From the NCBI RefSeq assembly GCF_009914755.1, contig NC_060936.1: 64,000 bases of DNA; one strand, written 5' to 3'. Shown here one piece after another: positions 36,280-51,431 of this stretch. The notes under the pieces were generated by a model. It saw only the letters and a program-made list of their open reading frames with translations. It had not been told where the DNA came from and ran no database searches. The stretch comes from the human T2T-CHM13v2.0 reference genome, Homo sapiens. Positions within the stretch are counted from its first letter, which is position 1; the number at the start of each line of letters is the position of its first letter. A program made the position numbers and the translations under genes.

Positions 36280-39207
36280 GATGGAATTTAGATAAATTGA
36301 CCAGAGAAATATTTTTCCGTCAATCCTCTATGAATTATCTGAGAGAAGCTCTTGACTGGGGCTGGACAACAGAAAAAAAATTAGATTGAACTTGCCGCGG
36401 AGTGTGAAATTCTTCATAATGAATACAAAGGAGCTTCATATGCTTAGATATCAGATATGTAGTTAGAGGAGTTATAGTTAGGTATGAAAATTGGGGTTTT
36501 TGGGTATAAAAATTACATTTATTTTTGATAAGTAAAAATTGTAAATATTTATGGTATACAATGTGGTGTTTTGATATATGTATACTTTGTGGAATGGCTA
36601 AATCAAGCTATTGAGCATATCATTTTTTGTGTGTGGTGAGAACACTTAACAATCTGCTCTTTTAGCAGTTTTCAAGTACACAATATATTGTTATTAACTG
36701 TAGTTACCATGTTGAACAATAGATGTCTTGAACTTATTTCTCCTGCCTAAATGAAATTTTGTGTCCTTTAACCAACATCTCCTGAATTTCCCTACCTGCT
36801 AGCCTCTGGTAACCACCATTTTACTCTGTGTTTCTGAGTTCAACTTTTTTATATTCCACATATAAACGAGACCGTGTGGTGTCTGTCTTTCTGTGTCTGG
36901 ATTATTTAACTGTCCTCCAGGTTCATTCACGTGGTCATGAATGACAGGATTTCCTTCTTTTTAAAGGCTGAATAGTTTTTCATTGTGTTTATATACCACA
37001 TTTTCTGTATATCCATTTATTCTTTGGTGGGAACTTAGGTTAATTTCATATCTTGGCTATTGTGAATAATGCTACAATGAATATGGGAGTGCAGATACCT
37101 CTTTAATACACTGATTTTATATTTTTGGATATATACTGAGTAGTGGGATTGCTGGATCATATGGTAGTTCTATTTTTAATTTTCTGAGGAACTTCTGTTT
37201 TGTTTTCCATATTGGCCATACTAATATACATTCCTACCAATAGTGTACAAGGGTTCCTATTATATTTCTCCAGATCCTTGCCAATGTTTGTTATCTTTTG
37301 TCTTTGCCATCATGGCCAATCTAACATGTATAAGAGGATATCTTATTGTGGTTTTAGTTTGTATTTCCCTGATGATTAGTGATATTGAGCATTTTCCCAT
37401 ATACCTATTGGCCATTTCTATGTCTTTTTTTGAGAAGTGTGGTTGTTGCCCATTTTTCATTGGGTTGTTTTCTTACTATTGAGTTGTGTGAGTTCCTTAT
37501 ATGTTTTGGATATTAATCCCTTGGTAGATGTATAAGTTGCCAGTATATTTTCCCATCCTGTACATTGTCTCTTCACTTTGTTGACTGTTTCCTTTGCTGT
37601 GCAGGAGATTTAGTGTGATGCAATCCTATTTTTGCTTTTGTTTCCTGTGCTTTTGGGGTCATATTCAAGAAATCTTTTCCCACACCAGTGGTATGGAACT
37701 TTTCCCCTATGTTTTCTTCTAGTAGTTTTACATTTTCAGGTCATATATTGAGTCTTTAATCCATTTTGAACTGATTTTTTGTATACTGTGTGAAATGAGT
37801 ATCTAATTGCATTATTTTGCATGTGGATATCCAGTTTTCCCAGCACTGTTTATTCAAGAGACTGTCCTTTCCTCACTGTGTATTTTTAGCATCTTTGTTG
37901 TATCAACTGACCATATATTTGTGGATTTATTTCTGGACTCCCTATTCTGTTCTATTATGTGTTTGTTTTAATGCTAGTACCATGCCGTTTTGATTACTAT
38001 AGTTTCCAGATTTTCAAATCATGTAGTGTGATGCCTCCAGCTTTGTTCTTTTTGCTTGTTTTGGCTAGTTGTTTTTTTTTTTTTGTGGTTTCATATGAAT
38101 ATTAGAGTTTTTTCTATTTCTGTGAAAAATTTCATTGAAATTTTGATAGATACTGCATTGAATCTGTAAATCACTTTGGATAGTATGGACATTCTAACAA
38201 TATTCTTTTAATTCATGAACACAGAATATCTTTCCATTTACTTGTGTCTTCTTTAATTTCCTTCATCAATATTTTATAGTTTTCACTATATATATCTTTC
38301 ATCTCCTTAGTAAAAATTTGTCCCTAAATATTCAATTTTTTATAGCTATTGTGAATAAAATTGTTTTGATTTCTTTTTTGGGTAGTTTAGTGTATAGAAA
38401 TGCTACTTATTTTTGTATGTCAATTTGTATCCTGCAACTTTAATGAATTTGTTTATTATTTCTAACAGTTTTTATTTTTTGTAGTCTTTAGGGTTTTATA
38501 TATATATATATAAATATATATCATGTAATCTGCAAAAAGAGACATATATATAATGTCATCTGCAAAGAGAGACAATTCAACTTCTTCCTGCTTCAAATAC
38601 TTTTTGTTGCTTTCTCCTGACTAATTGTTCTGGTTAGAACTTCCAGTACTATGTTGAAGAGAGGTGAGGAGAGTGAGCATTCCTGTGTTGTTTCTGATAT
38701 TAGAGAAAAAAGCTTTCAACTTTTCACCATGAGTATAATGTTAACTATGGGCTTGTCATACATGGCCTTTGTTTTGTTGAGGTATATTTCTTCTATACCT
38801 AATTTATTTGGAGTTTTTACATGAAAAGATGCTGAATTTTTTTTGAATGACTTTCTGCATCTATTAAGATGATTATATGGCTTTTGTCCTTCATTCATAT
38901 AATGTTAATGAGGTGTGTCACATTTATGGATTTGCCTATGTTGAACCATCTTTGCATCCCAGTGATGAATTCCACTTGATCATGGTATATGTTTTTTTTA
39001 ACATGCTATTTAATTCAGGTTGCTAATCTTCAGTTGAAAATTTTTGTATCTCTGTTCATCAGATATATTAGCCTGTAATTTTCTTTTATTGTAGTGTCCT
39101 CTCTGGCTTTGATATCAGGGTAATGTTGGCCTCATAAATGAGTTTAGAAGTTTTCCCACTTCGAATTTTGGAAGACTTTGGGAAGGATTGACATTAGTTC
39201 TTCTTCA

Positions 39208-39576
<369 letters not shown>

Positions 39577-40776
39577 TTATTATTTACTAATTCAATCTAT
39601 TTACTCACTATTTTTCTGTTCAAGTTTTCTATTTCTTCATGATTGTGTCTTGGCAGGTTCTATGTGTCTAGGAATGTATCTATTTCTTCTAGGTTTTCCA
39701 ATTTGTTGGCATATAATTGTTCATAACAGTCTCTTATGATCCTTTGTAATTCTGTGGTATCAGTTGTAATGTCTCCTCGTTTGTTTTTAATTTTATTTAT
39801 TTGAGTCTTCTCTTTTTTTCAGCCTGGCTAAAGGTTTGTTGATTTTATCTTTTGAAAAAACCACTCATTTCATTTATTGTTTTTCTAGTCTCTATTTTAT
39901 TTATTTTTGCTCTTTTTTTTATTACTTCCTTCTATCAACTTTAGGCTTAGTTTGTTCTTCCTTTTCTAGTTCTTTGAGGTGTAATATCAGATTGTTTATT
40001 TGGGATCTTTTTTCTTTTTTTGATGTAAGCATTTGTTGCTATAAACTTCCCTCTTAGAACTACTTTTGCTGCATCCCATAAGTTTTGTTGTATTTCCATT
40101 TTTTGTCTCAAGATATTTTTAAAGTTTTCTTGTAATTTCTTCTTTAACCCCTTCATAGTTTAGAAGTATGTTGTTTAATTTTCACATATTTGTGAATTTT
40201 CTAAAATTCCATCTATTATTGACTCCTAGTTTTATACCACTGTGGTCAGAAAAAAATACTTAATATAATTTTAATCTTTTTAGATTTTTAAAGGTTTGTT
40301 TTGTGGCCTAACATATGACCTATCCTGGAGAATGTTCTGTGTGAACTTGAGAATAATATGTGTTCTGCTCATGTTGGATGAAATATTCTCTGTCTGAATG
40401 TTAGGTCCATGTGGTCTAAGGTGTAGTTGAAGTCCAATGTTTTCTTTTTGGTTTTCTATCTAATGTTCATTGTTAAAAGTAGAGTATTAAAGACCGCTAC
40501 TATTATTGTATTGCAGTCTATCTCTCTCCTCAGATCTATCAACTTTTGCTTTATATATTTAGGTGCTCTGATGTTGAGTGCATATATATTTATAATTGTT
40601 ATATCTTCTTGATGAATTAATCCTTTTGTCATTATATAATATCCGTCTTTGTCTATTTTCATACTTTTGACTTAAAGTCTATTTACATCAGGTAAGTATA
40701 GGTATCTGTGCTCTCTTTTGGTTTCTACTTGCATGAAAATTTTTCCATACTTTTATGTTCAATCTATGAGTGTCAT

Positions 40777-41091
40777 TTTTAAAAAAACAAAAAACAAAAA
40801 ACAAAAAAACCAAGGTCTTGCCCTGTCACCCAGGCTGGAGTGCAGCAGTGTGATCATAGCTCCCTACCCCTACAGCCTCAAACTCCTGGGCTCAAGTGAT
40901 CCTCCCATACCTCAGTCTCTTGTGTAGCTGGGACTACAGTTGCATACCACCATGCCTGGCAATTTTTTTTTTCTTTGGAGAGACAGAGTCTTGCTATTTT
41001 GCCCAGGTTGGTCTCAAACTCCTGGCTTCAAGAGATCCTCCTATCTGGGCCTCCTAAAATTCTGGGATTACAGGTGTGAGCCACCACATCC
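40777..41091 (-). mobile_element. AluJ
   Basis: Antisense dimer; TSD AATCTATGAGTGTCAT / AGTCTATTTGTGTCAT. Confidence 0.92.
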
Positions 41092-41559
41092 AGTCTATTT
41101 GTGTCATGAAATGTGAAGTGAAGTGAGTCTCTTGTAAGCAGTGTATAGTTGAGTCTTGTTTTTTTTTAATTAATCCAATCTTTTGATTGGAGAATTTTAT
41201 CCATTTATATTTAAGGTAATAATTGATAGGTAAGGACTTACTACTGCTATTTTGCTAATTGTTTTCTGGTTGTTTTGTAGATCCTTCATTTCCTTTTTCC
41301 TCTTTTGCTGCCTTCCTTCATGATTAAATAATTTTCTCTAGTGGTATGCTTTGATTCCTTACTTTTCACCTTTAGTGTATCTTTTATTGGTTTTTGCTTT
41401 GTGGTTACCATGAAGCTTACATAAAATGTCTTATAATTATAATAGACTATTTTAAGCTGATAGCAGCTTGCCTTTGATCATACAAAAAACCTTATACTTT
41501 TACCCCTCCTCCCCATGCTAAATGATTCTAACATTTAGAATCTGATGTCACAATTTACC

Positions 41560-41862
<303 letters not shown>

Positions 41863-41999
41863 TTTTAAAAATAGAAATTCTGAAGCTAAATTTCATTGCA
41901 TTCATTGTACTAATTTTCATTAGTTATTTCTTTTCTGATTTTGTTAAATTGTTTCTTTGCATTTTCTTAAAGCTTGCTGAGCTTCTTTAAAAATAATTA

Positions 42000-42414
<415 letters not shown>

Positions 42415-44399
42415 TCATCGATTTTTCATGTTTCTTGTTGGATTACATTGATGTCTGTATATTTAGTGAAGCAGTCAGTTAGTTACCTCTTGCAGACTTT
42501 ATGGGTTAGTTTCACTGTGGGACCATCTTCTCCTCTGGGGATGGAGGGCACAAGGGCACTTGCCTGGTAGAGAGTGCAGCAGTTCTGGCACCAGTGAGAA
42601 TATAGCCATATGGTTTCTGTGCAGCTCTGTCAGCTGAGGTTGACATTGACAAAGATTGGAGGGATCCTCACTGGCCATCAATGTGGATGTCTGCAGTGGT
42701 GGTAAGAGTCATTGGGTTTTTTGGTGGTGATGGCTGCTGTGGTTCTCTTGATCTCTTTTTCTCCCATCGGGGAAGTTGTGCCTGAGGGAATCAGTTTTGG
42801 CACTGGCCTTATGTGCTCATTTGAAATGAAGGTGGCTCTAATTTCTGATAGGTAACACTCATGTCTGATGAGCTGAGGCCTGAAGCATGATCATGTGTGG
42901 AGGGCCTGTGGCTCTGTTATCTAGGGCAGCAATGGCACTGGTGCTCAGGGGGCAGACATTCCCACTGCCATGTTAGTAAGAGTAAGGAGGTTTGTGTAGC
43001 AACCAGGTAGCTGAGAATGGGAGCACAGGTGTGTGTAGAGTTATAGTAGCTCTGGGGTTGAGGCAGGGTCTGGCTCTCTGTAGTGGCTAAGCTTGTACCT
43101 GGAGCATGGTCATGCTCAGAGAGACCTTGGCTTCAGGGCCCAAAGTGTGAACAAGTTTGCAATGGTAATGGCTTTGGGTTCTGAGATGTGGGCAGGCACA
43201 GTGAAACCATAAAGCCCAGGTCCCTCATGGGGAGGTCAAGGCTTGGGGGTCAGGGCACACATGAGTTCAGGAGAGGTGGCAGCTCTTTTCCTGGTTCAAC
43301 AGCACTGCTTCTTGAGGCAGGTAGGGATATGCAGCCAAGTCTCACTCTCTGGGGTTATCCAACAGGAATGGCTGTTTATTACCTCAATAGCAAAGGATAC
43401 CAATGTTCTCTACAGCAGGCTGCTGGGGACCATGATGGTTCCATGCACATGGGTGATATTGATAGCCTCCACCCTTCTTCTTTGTTCCCAGCTGTTTCCT
43501 GGCATCTCAGCTATACCAGTCTCACTAGCAATCCTTTCTATAGGGATATTCTCCATTTTTTTCCTCCACTATGTTGCTGCAGGTTCTTTAATGGGCCCTT
43601 GAGCCCTTTCGGGGCTATTTTGATCTGTGGATAGCCATCTATATTTGGTTGGTTGTGGAGGGATGAAGGCTGGTATCTCCTACCCCACCATCTTAGTGAC
43701 ATCACTCCTCCAAATCGGAATTTTGATTTTATACAGACTTGTATTTTTTTGCCCATATTTGGGAACATTCAACCTTTGTAAGGAGTACTTGAGGCCAGGA
43801 AGGTTTTTGTTGTTTTTTAAATCAGAAGTATCCATATATTTACATTTAGACAAGTACTTCATGAAGTCCCAGAGTGCCAGACTACTAAATAATGAAAACT
43901 GAATATTGGTCAGAAAAACAGTGAGTACAGAAATGATTTACTATCTGCCTCTCTCTGAAATTAGCCCAAACTAGCTCATGTAATTTTTTTTGCATCTTAA
44001 TGGATGGTTTAGTGGCAAATGTAATCTTAGACAAGTTACCTGCGGGTGGGATTTCTAGTATTATTTATTTGAAAGCTGAAGCATGTCTGGGAATAATGAT
44101 GATCTGGAGTACAAAGGTACATTAAATTGCTATTCTGTTGCAAAACTGTATCCTGCAGAACATTCAAACTCTTTCTTTTCTTCATTTCTCCATAGATTTA
44201 AGATTTTATGCACAAAAGATAGGAGGTAGCAAAATCAAGCAGCACAGAGGGGCACAAAATAAATAGTAAATCTCTTGCCTTACCCTCTCGATTTCCAATT
44301 CCACCTTTAGAAGTATTCTTGACATTTTTTGTGTATGTTTCCAGAATTTTTTTGTGCATATATAAGTGTGTGTGCATGCATGTGTGTGTATACACATAC

Positions 44400-46070
44400 A
44401 TATATATTCACTCTCTTGAGACAATACATGTATTATTTTATGACTTACTTTATTCAGTTAATCTATAACTTGGACATCTTTGCATAGTTCTGTATATACA
44501 TATACTTAAAATTTTAAAGGGTACAAAATATTTCATTGTATGGATATAGCATACTTAATCAGTTTAGTGCTGAGAACATTAATGTTGTTTTGAGTTTTGT
44601 TCAATTTTTCTTTTCTTTTTTTTTTTTTTGAGACAGAGTCTTGCTCTGTTGCCCAGGCTGGAGTGCAGTGTCGTGGTCTAGGCTCACTGCAAGCTCCGCC
44701 TCCTGGGTTCACACCATTTTCCGGCCTCAGCCTCCCCCGTAGCTGGGACTACAGGTGCCCACCACCGCGCCCGGCTAATTTTTTTTTTGTATTTTTAGTA
44801 GAGACGGGGTTTCACCTTGTTAGCCAGGATGGTCTCGATCTCCTGACCTCGTGATCTGCCCGCCTCAGCCTCCCAAAGTGCTGGGATTACAGGCGTGAGC
44901 CACCGTGCTCGGCCTGAGTTTTGTTCAATTTTTCTATGAACATCCTTGCAGATATATTTTTATGCCTTTTTGTGATAGCTGCCTTAGGGAAAATTCCTAG
45001 AAGTAGTATAAATGAGTCATAGAGTAGATGCATATACAATTTTTATCTTGTATTGCCAAACCACCCTTCAAAATGCTGTATCAGTTTTATTCAACTAGTA
45101 GTATGTGGGAATATCAGCTTCTCCAAATTTTGCCAACATTAGCTTTCATCAAATGCTTAATCTTTGCCAATATGTTGGATAAAAAATAGCATTTCATTCA
45201 TTTGATTTGTATCCTGTAATTATGATTCTGACTGGGCATTGTGTGTATGTATGTGTGTTTTGTTGGTCCTTTTATTTCTGCTTCAGATTTGATCATTTCT
45301 TTGCTCATTTTTTCTATTGGGTTATTTGCCTTTTATTTGTTTTGTAAGTGTTCTCTGTATATAAAGGACATTATTCTTTTGTCATTAATGTTACAAATAC
45401 TTTTCTCGATTTATAATTTGTATTTTGGATATTTTTATAGCATGTTTATACAGAAAATTTTAATTTCTGGTAGTAAAATTTACCACTCTTTCTTATGGCT
45501 TCTAAAATTTGTGACATGCTTAGAAAGGCTTTTACTTTACTCAAGTGTTAAAGACAGATTCAGCTATGTTTTTATCTAATACTTTCATAGTTTTTTTATT
45601 TATACTTAGGTCTTTATCTATAAAATGGGGATTATAATACAATCTAGGTTATAAGACTGTGATGAGGATTGGGGGAGTAGAAAAAATTAACTTTTTGTCA
45701 GGTATATTCTTATTTAATACTTTTAAAGGAGAATATATAAGTTGCTTCTGTAAAATAAGATATGATAAAATATACTTGTTAATAAAGCTATGGATTATTG
45801 TATGTTAATTTTATAATCAGCCACCTTACTCTTACTAAATTTTCTCATGGTTTCCAATAGCTTTTGGTTTCTTTTGGTTTTCTAAATTTAGAATCATTTT
45901 TTTCTGCAAATAATGATAATTATTTTCTTGTTTTTTAATGCATTGGTTAATACATATTAAAAAATGCTACGTAATAATTTTGAAAGTAGGAATTTTAAAC
46001 TTGTTTTTTACTTGATGGCAAATGCTTATGTAAGCATGGTTCTGCCTCTTGTTTTGAAGTATACACAAAA
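44400..46070 (-). mobile_element. Very old L1 (L1ME-like) 3' relic
   Basis: Degenerate antisense L1 text (TTTCATTGTATGGATATAGCA, ATTCCTAGAAGT, TTTTTCTATTGGGTT); boundaries approximate. Confidence 0.65.
44612..44914 (-). mobile_element. AluY
   Basis: GCAAGCTCCGCC and GTTAGCCAGGATGGTCTCGATCTCC diagnostics; perfect 21-bp TSD TGAGTTTTGTTCAATTTTTCT (44591-44611, 44915-44935). Confidence 0.96.
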
Positions 46071-46155
46071 TATTTTGTTGTAACATTTTTAAAAAAGTTA
46101 ATACATGTTCATGGTACAAAACTCAGGAAAATAAAAGAGTAAATGTGAAAAGTAG

Positions 46156-46559
<404 letters not shown>

Positions 46560-46959
46560 TCAGCATTTATAAATATGTGTATAAATGTAGTAGAATTCTT
46601 AAACAGATCTATCTTCTCTTGTGTGTTGATATATGGAGATCATAAGGCATTTACAAGGATGTCAGTTTAGAGAGGTAGGAGGTTTCTGTGTAACCATTTT
46701 TAAGGACACTTTATTGTCTTACCAATCAGTCTCAGTCATGTAGTTATCTTTGAATTCCATCTATAGTCACCATAATTTTTGGGTTTTTTTTTTGGTCTGG
46801 CAGAAACAGTAGCTACACAGGTGTGCTCTCTTTATGGCCACAAAATTTCCATCCTGCTCTAATGTGTCCCTGATAGACAACACTCATTCTGGGATCCATT
46901 TCAACCATGATCACCATTCTAGAGATTCCCCTTGCCTTTCCAGTATTGGATCCTGAGAA

Positions 46960-47560
46960 AAAAATGAAAGGAAAATAACATTTTTGAATTATTACATCAG
47001 AAAGTATTCTTTTTTCTACATTTCTAGTTGATTGGCAGTTTGGCTGCATATAGAACTATAGGCTGAAATTACTTTCCTTCAGACTTTTGGAGGTATTACT
47101 CCAATGTCTGATAGTATCAGTGTTGCTATTAAAAATTCAAAGCTTTTTTTGCTTGCTGGTTCTTTGTAGGTGTTCCTTTAAAAAATCTCCAGAATATTTT
47201 AAAAACTTCTCTTTGTTCTTGGTGTTCTAAAATCTTACCATGATGTACATTGGTGTGAATTATTTTACCTACTATGCCAGGCGTTTGATAAATCTGTTTC
47301 ATCTTCAAGTTGATGTCCGTCTCTCCTGGGAGTTTTTCTGCAATTATTTTATTGCTAGTCTCTTCCTCTCTGATGTCTCTATTTCTTTCTCTTCTCAGTT
47401 TTTTTTTTTTTTAAAGATGATCTTGTTCTTTCATCATGGATGTAAAATCTTTTATCTGAGGATAATAATGATAGATTTTTTTAAGATATACAAAATCCAG
47501 TATTTTTTCAAGTTTCTATTTTCATCTTCTCTTAGTTTTTATTTTTAGTGCTAAAATGAG
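46960..47560 (-). mobile_element. Old L1 ORF1-region relic
   Basis: GATATAGAACT-like and TACTCCAATGTCT, TTTGTAGGTG text typical of antisense L1M ORF1. Confidence 0.5.
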
Positions 47561-47664
47561 ATATCTCATAATAGTTAATTGTCAACTTATTAAAAGTAAG
47601 AAATTAAAAGCTATTTGGGACCTCTGAGTATTTTAGAAATATGCAAGAAATGGAGGCTGAGTGT

Positions 47665-47786
47665 GGTGGCTCACACCTGTAATCACAGCACTCTGGGAGG
47701 CCGAAGCAAGAGGATCACTTGAGGCCAGGAGTTTGCAACCAATCCGGGCAACATAGCAAGAGCTCATCTTATTAAAAAAAAAAAAA
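47665..47786 (+). mobile_element. FLAM-type Alu monomer
   Basis: Single left arm followed by A tail. Confidence 0.88.
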
Positions 47787-49385
47787 GAAATGCGCAAGTT
47801 AAACCTTTTGTATTGCTGTATGAAACCTTATTGCTCCATCCTTCATCCTACAAATCCAACACTCTAATGCACTTAACCCCCCAAAACTCTTGTATGTGGC
47901 TGTTGGGTGAGTTCTTCTCCAACACTTAGAGTAAATTGATGTGATTTTATAACATGTCTTTTTGGAAATATGTACCAAAGTGTTACATGTGTATAAAATT
48001 TTGCCTAGTAATCCATTTTCTAGGAAATTACATGCCAAAAGTTGTCCACAAAGAGACGTTAATTGCAGTATTATTTTAATAGCAAAAATGGGGGAAGCTA
48101 AACATTTCCAACAAAAATGACTTAGTTATATAAATTACATTAAATAAGCTACAGTGAAATACTATGAGGTGTTAAACTACTGTTAAAGATCTGTATTTAG
48201 TGACCTTGGAAATTGTCTCAAACATGGTAAGTGGAAATGGCAAGTGACAATATAAATAGTGTGATCTCACTGATGAGAATATTTTAAAAACTTCTTATAT
48301 ATAAGAAGTTAAATATATCTTCTAAATATATAGAGATTTATCTATAAAGATTTTAAGCAAAATGTTAATGGTTAGATCTGGGTGTTGACATTTTAGATTT
48401 GTTTCTATTTCTTTGTGTTTTCCTGTATGGTTTAATTTTTACTTGCTTTTTTTTAACAATAAGAATTTTTTAAAAGTTTTATTTTCATTGACATAGTAAT
48501 TGTACATATTTATAGAGTATAATGTGATGTTTTAATACATGTATACATGTATATATTGTGTAATGATCAAATTAGGGTAATTAGCAAATCCATTGATTCA
48601 AGCATTTATTATTTCTTTGTAGTGAGAACATTGAAAATCCACTCTTCTGGCTATTTTTAAATACAAAATACATTCTTGTTAACTGTTGTCACTCAACTAT
48701 AGTCACCCTATCGTGCAATAGAACACCAGAACTATTCTTCCTATCTAACTATAACTTTTTATCTGTTGACCAACCTATCCCCGTCTCCTACTTTCTTCCT
48801 CAGCCTGTGGTAACTACCATTCTACTCTGTACTCCTGTGAGATAAACTTTTTTAGATTCCACATATGAGTGAGATCATACAGTACTTGTCTTTCTGTGTC
48901 TAGCTTGTTTCATTTAACATAATGTCCTACAGGTTCATGGATGTTGTTGCAAATGACAGGATTTCACTTTTTTTTAATGACTGAATATACTCTATTGTTT
49001 CTATATACCACATTTTCTTTACCTATTCTTCTCTTGATGGACACTTATGTTGCTTCCTTGTCTTGGGTGTCGTGAATAATGCTACAAGGAACATGTGGGC
49101 ACAAATTTCTTAATGAGGTGTTGTTTCATTTCCTTTAAATGTACACCAAGTAGTGGGATTGATAGATTATATGACAGTTCTATTTTAATTTTTTGAGGAA
49201 ACTTCATACTGTTTTCCATAATGGCTATACTAATTTACATTCCCACAAAGTGTGTGTAAGGGTTCCTTTCTCCACATCCTCAGCAACACTTGGTATCTTT
49301 TGTCTTTTTGAGAAGAGTCATTCTAACTGGAGTGAGGTGATATTTCATTGTGATTTGAATTTGCATTTCCCTGATGATTACTGAT

Positions 49386-49880
49386 TGCTGTGGTTTGGAT
49401 ATGATTTGTCTCCATCAAATCTCGTATTGAAATTTGATCCCCAGTGTAGTGATGTTGGGAGGTGGTGGAGCCCAGTGGGAGGTGTTTGAATCATGGGGGT
49501 GGATTCCTCATGAAGCCTTGGTGCCATTCTTATAGTACCGAATTCTCACTTTCAGGAGACTGGATTGGTTTGTCAAGGAATAAATTAGTTCAAGCTTGTC
49601 CAACACACAGCCCACAGGCCACATGTGGCCCAGATGGCTTGGAATGCGGGCTGACACAAATTTGTAAACTTTCTTAAAATATTATGAGTTTTTTTTTTTT
49701 TTTTTTTGCTCATCAGCTATTGTTGTTGGTGTAGTGCATTAGCTATTGTTGGTGTTGGGGTATTTTATGTGTGGCCCAAGACAATTCTTCTTATTCCAAT
49801 GTGGCCCAGGAAAGCCAAAAGATTGGACACCCTGGATTAGTTCTTGTGAGAGTGAGCTGTTATACAGCTAGGACTCCCTG
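49386..49880 (+). mobile_element. MSTB-like MaLR LTR, 5' half only
   Basis: TGCTGTGGTTTGGATATG...GGGAGGTGTTTGAATCATGGGGGTGGAT; truncated at ~49880. Confidence 0.82.
49591..49834 (-). mobile_element. MER30 hAT MITE
   Basis: TIRs CAAGCTTGTCCAA / TTGGACACCCTG; 8-bp TSD AATTAGTT / GATTAGTT (49583-49590, 49835-49842). Confidence 0.9.
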
Positions 49881-51080
49881 GTGTGTAGTTGTCCATAATA
49901 TTCTCTTATAATTCTTTGTATTTCTGTGGCATCAGTTGTAATATCTCCTTGTTCATCTCTGATTTTATCTGAGTTTTCTTTCTTTCTGGCTAAAGAGTGT
50001 TGATTTTGTTTATATTTTCAAAAACCCAATCCTTCATTTGGTTGATTTTTGTATTTTTTGTCTATTTTTGTTTATTTATGCTATGATCTTTACTATTTCA
50101 TTTCTTCTAATTTTGAGTTTAGTTAGTTTTTGTTTTTTTACTTCCTTGAGGTGCAACATTAGGGTATTTGTGCTCTTTCTTCTATATTGATATAGGTCTT
50201 TATTGCTATTAACTTTCTTCTGAGTACTGCCTTTGTCATATTCCACAGGTTTTGGTATGTTATATATCCATTTTCAGTTGTCTCTAGAAATTTTTAAATT
50301 TCTCTTTTAATTTCTCTCCTTTAGTTAACCCATGGTTGTTCAAGAGCATGTTGTTTAAATTTCCATGTATTTTTATAGTTTCTAAAGTTCCCTCTCTTAT
50401 TGATTTCCAGTTTCATACCATTGTGGTCAGAAACAGTATTTGATACTATTTTGATTTTTCTAAATTTGTTAAGATTTGTTTTGTGGCTTACCATATGGGC
50501 TATCCTGGAAAATGTTCCCTGTGTACTAGAAAAGAGTATGTATTCTGCTGCTATCGGATGGAAAGTTCTGTGTATATCTGTTAGGTCCATGTTATCTAAT
50601 GTGCAGTTCAATTTCAGCATTTCCTCATTAATTTTCTGTCTAGTTGATCTGTCCATTGTTGAAAGTGGTGTGGTGAAGTCCCCTGCTATTATTGTAATGC
50701 AATCTATTTCTCCCTTCATAGTAGTTCTGGTTACTAGTGGTCCATTATTATTTGCTTTATATAGTTAGGTATTCTGATATTGGGTGCATATATATTCACA
50801 ATAGTTATGTCTTCTTGATGAATTATACCCTTTATTATTAAGTAATGACATTTTCTGTCTCTTGTGACAATTTTTGACTCTCTATCTGATATAGTTATAG
50901 CTACCCCTGCTCTGTTTTGGTTACCACTTGAGTGGAATAGCTCCTTCCATCCCTTTACTTTTGGTGTACCTATGTCTCTTATAGGCAGGATATAGTTGGA
51001 TCTTGTTTTTTAAATTTATTTATCCACTTTATGTTTTTTATTGGAGAATTTAATTAATTTACTTTCAAAGTAATTGTTGA

Positions 51081-51431
<351 letters not shown>

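Noticed and set aside
43188-43634. 148-aa ORF antisense to an L1 5'UTR, reminiscent of ORF0
   Set aside because: GTG start, no resemblance to L1PA ORF0, and located in a decayed GC-richer L1M 5'UTR where long chance frames are expected
50321-50719. 132-aa endonuclease-like ORF (GDF...SDH motifs)
   Set aside because: Fragment of L1 ORF2 endonuclease in a deleted, frameshifted L1MA; no sign of domestication
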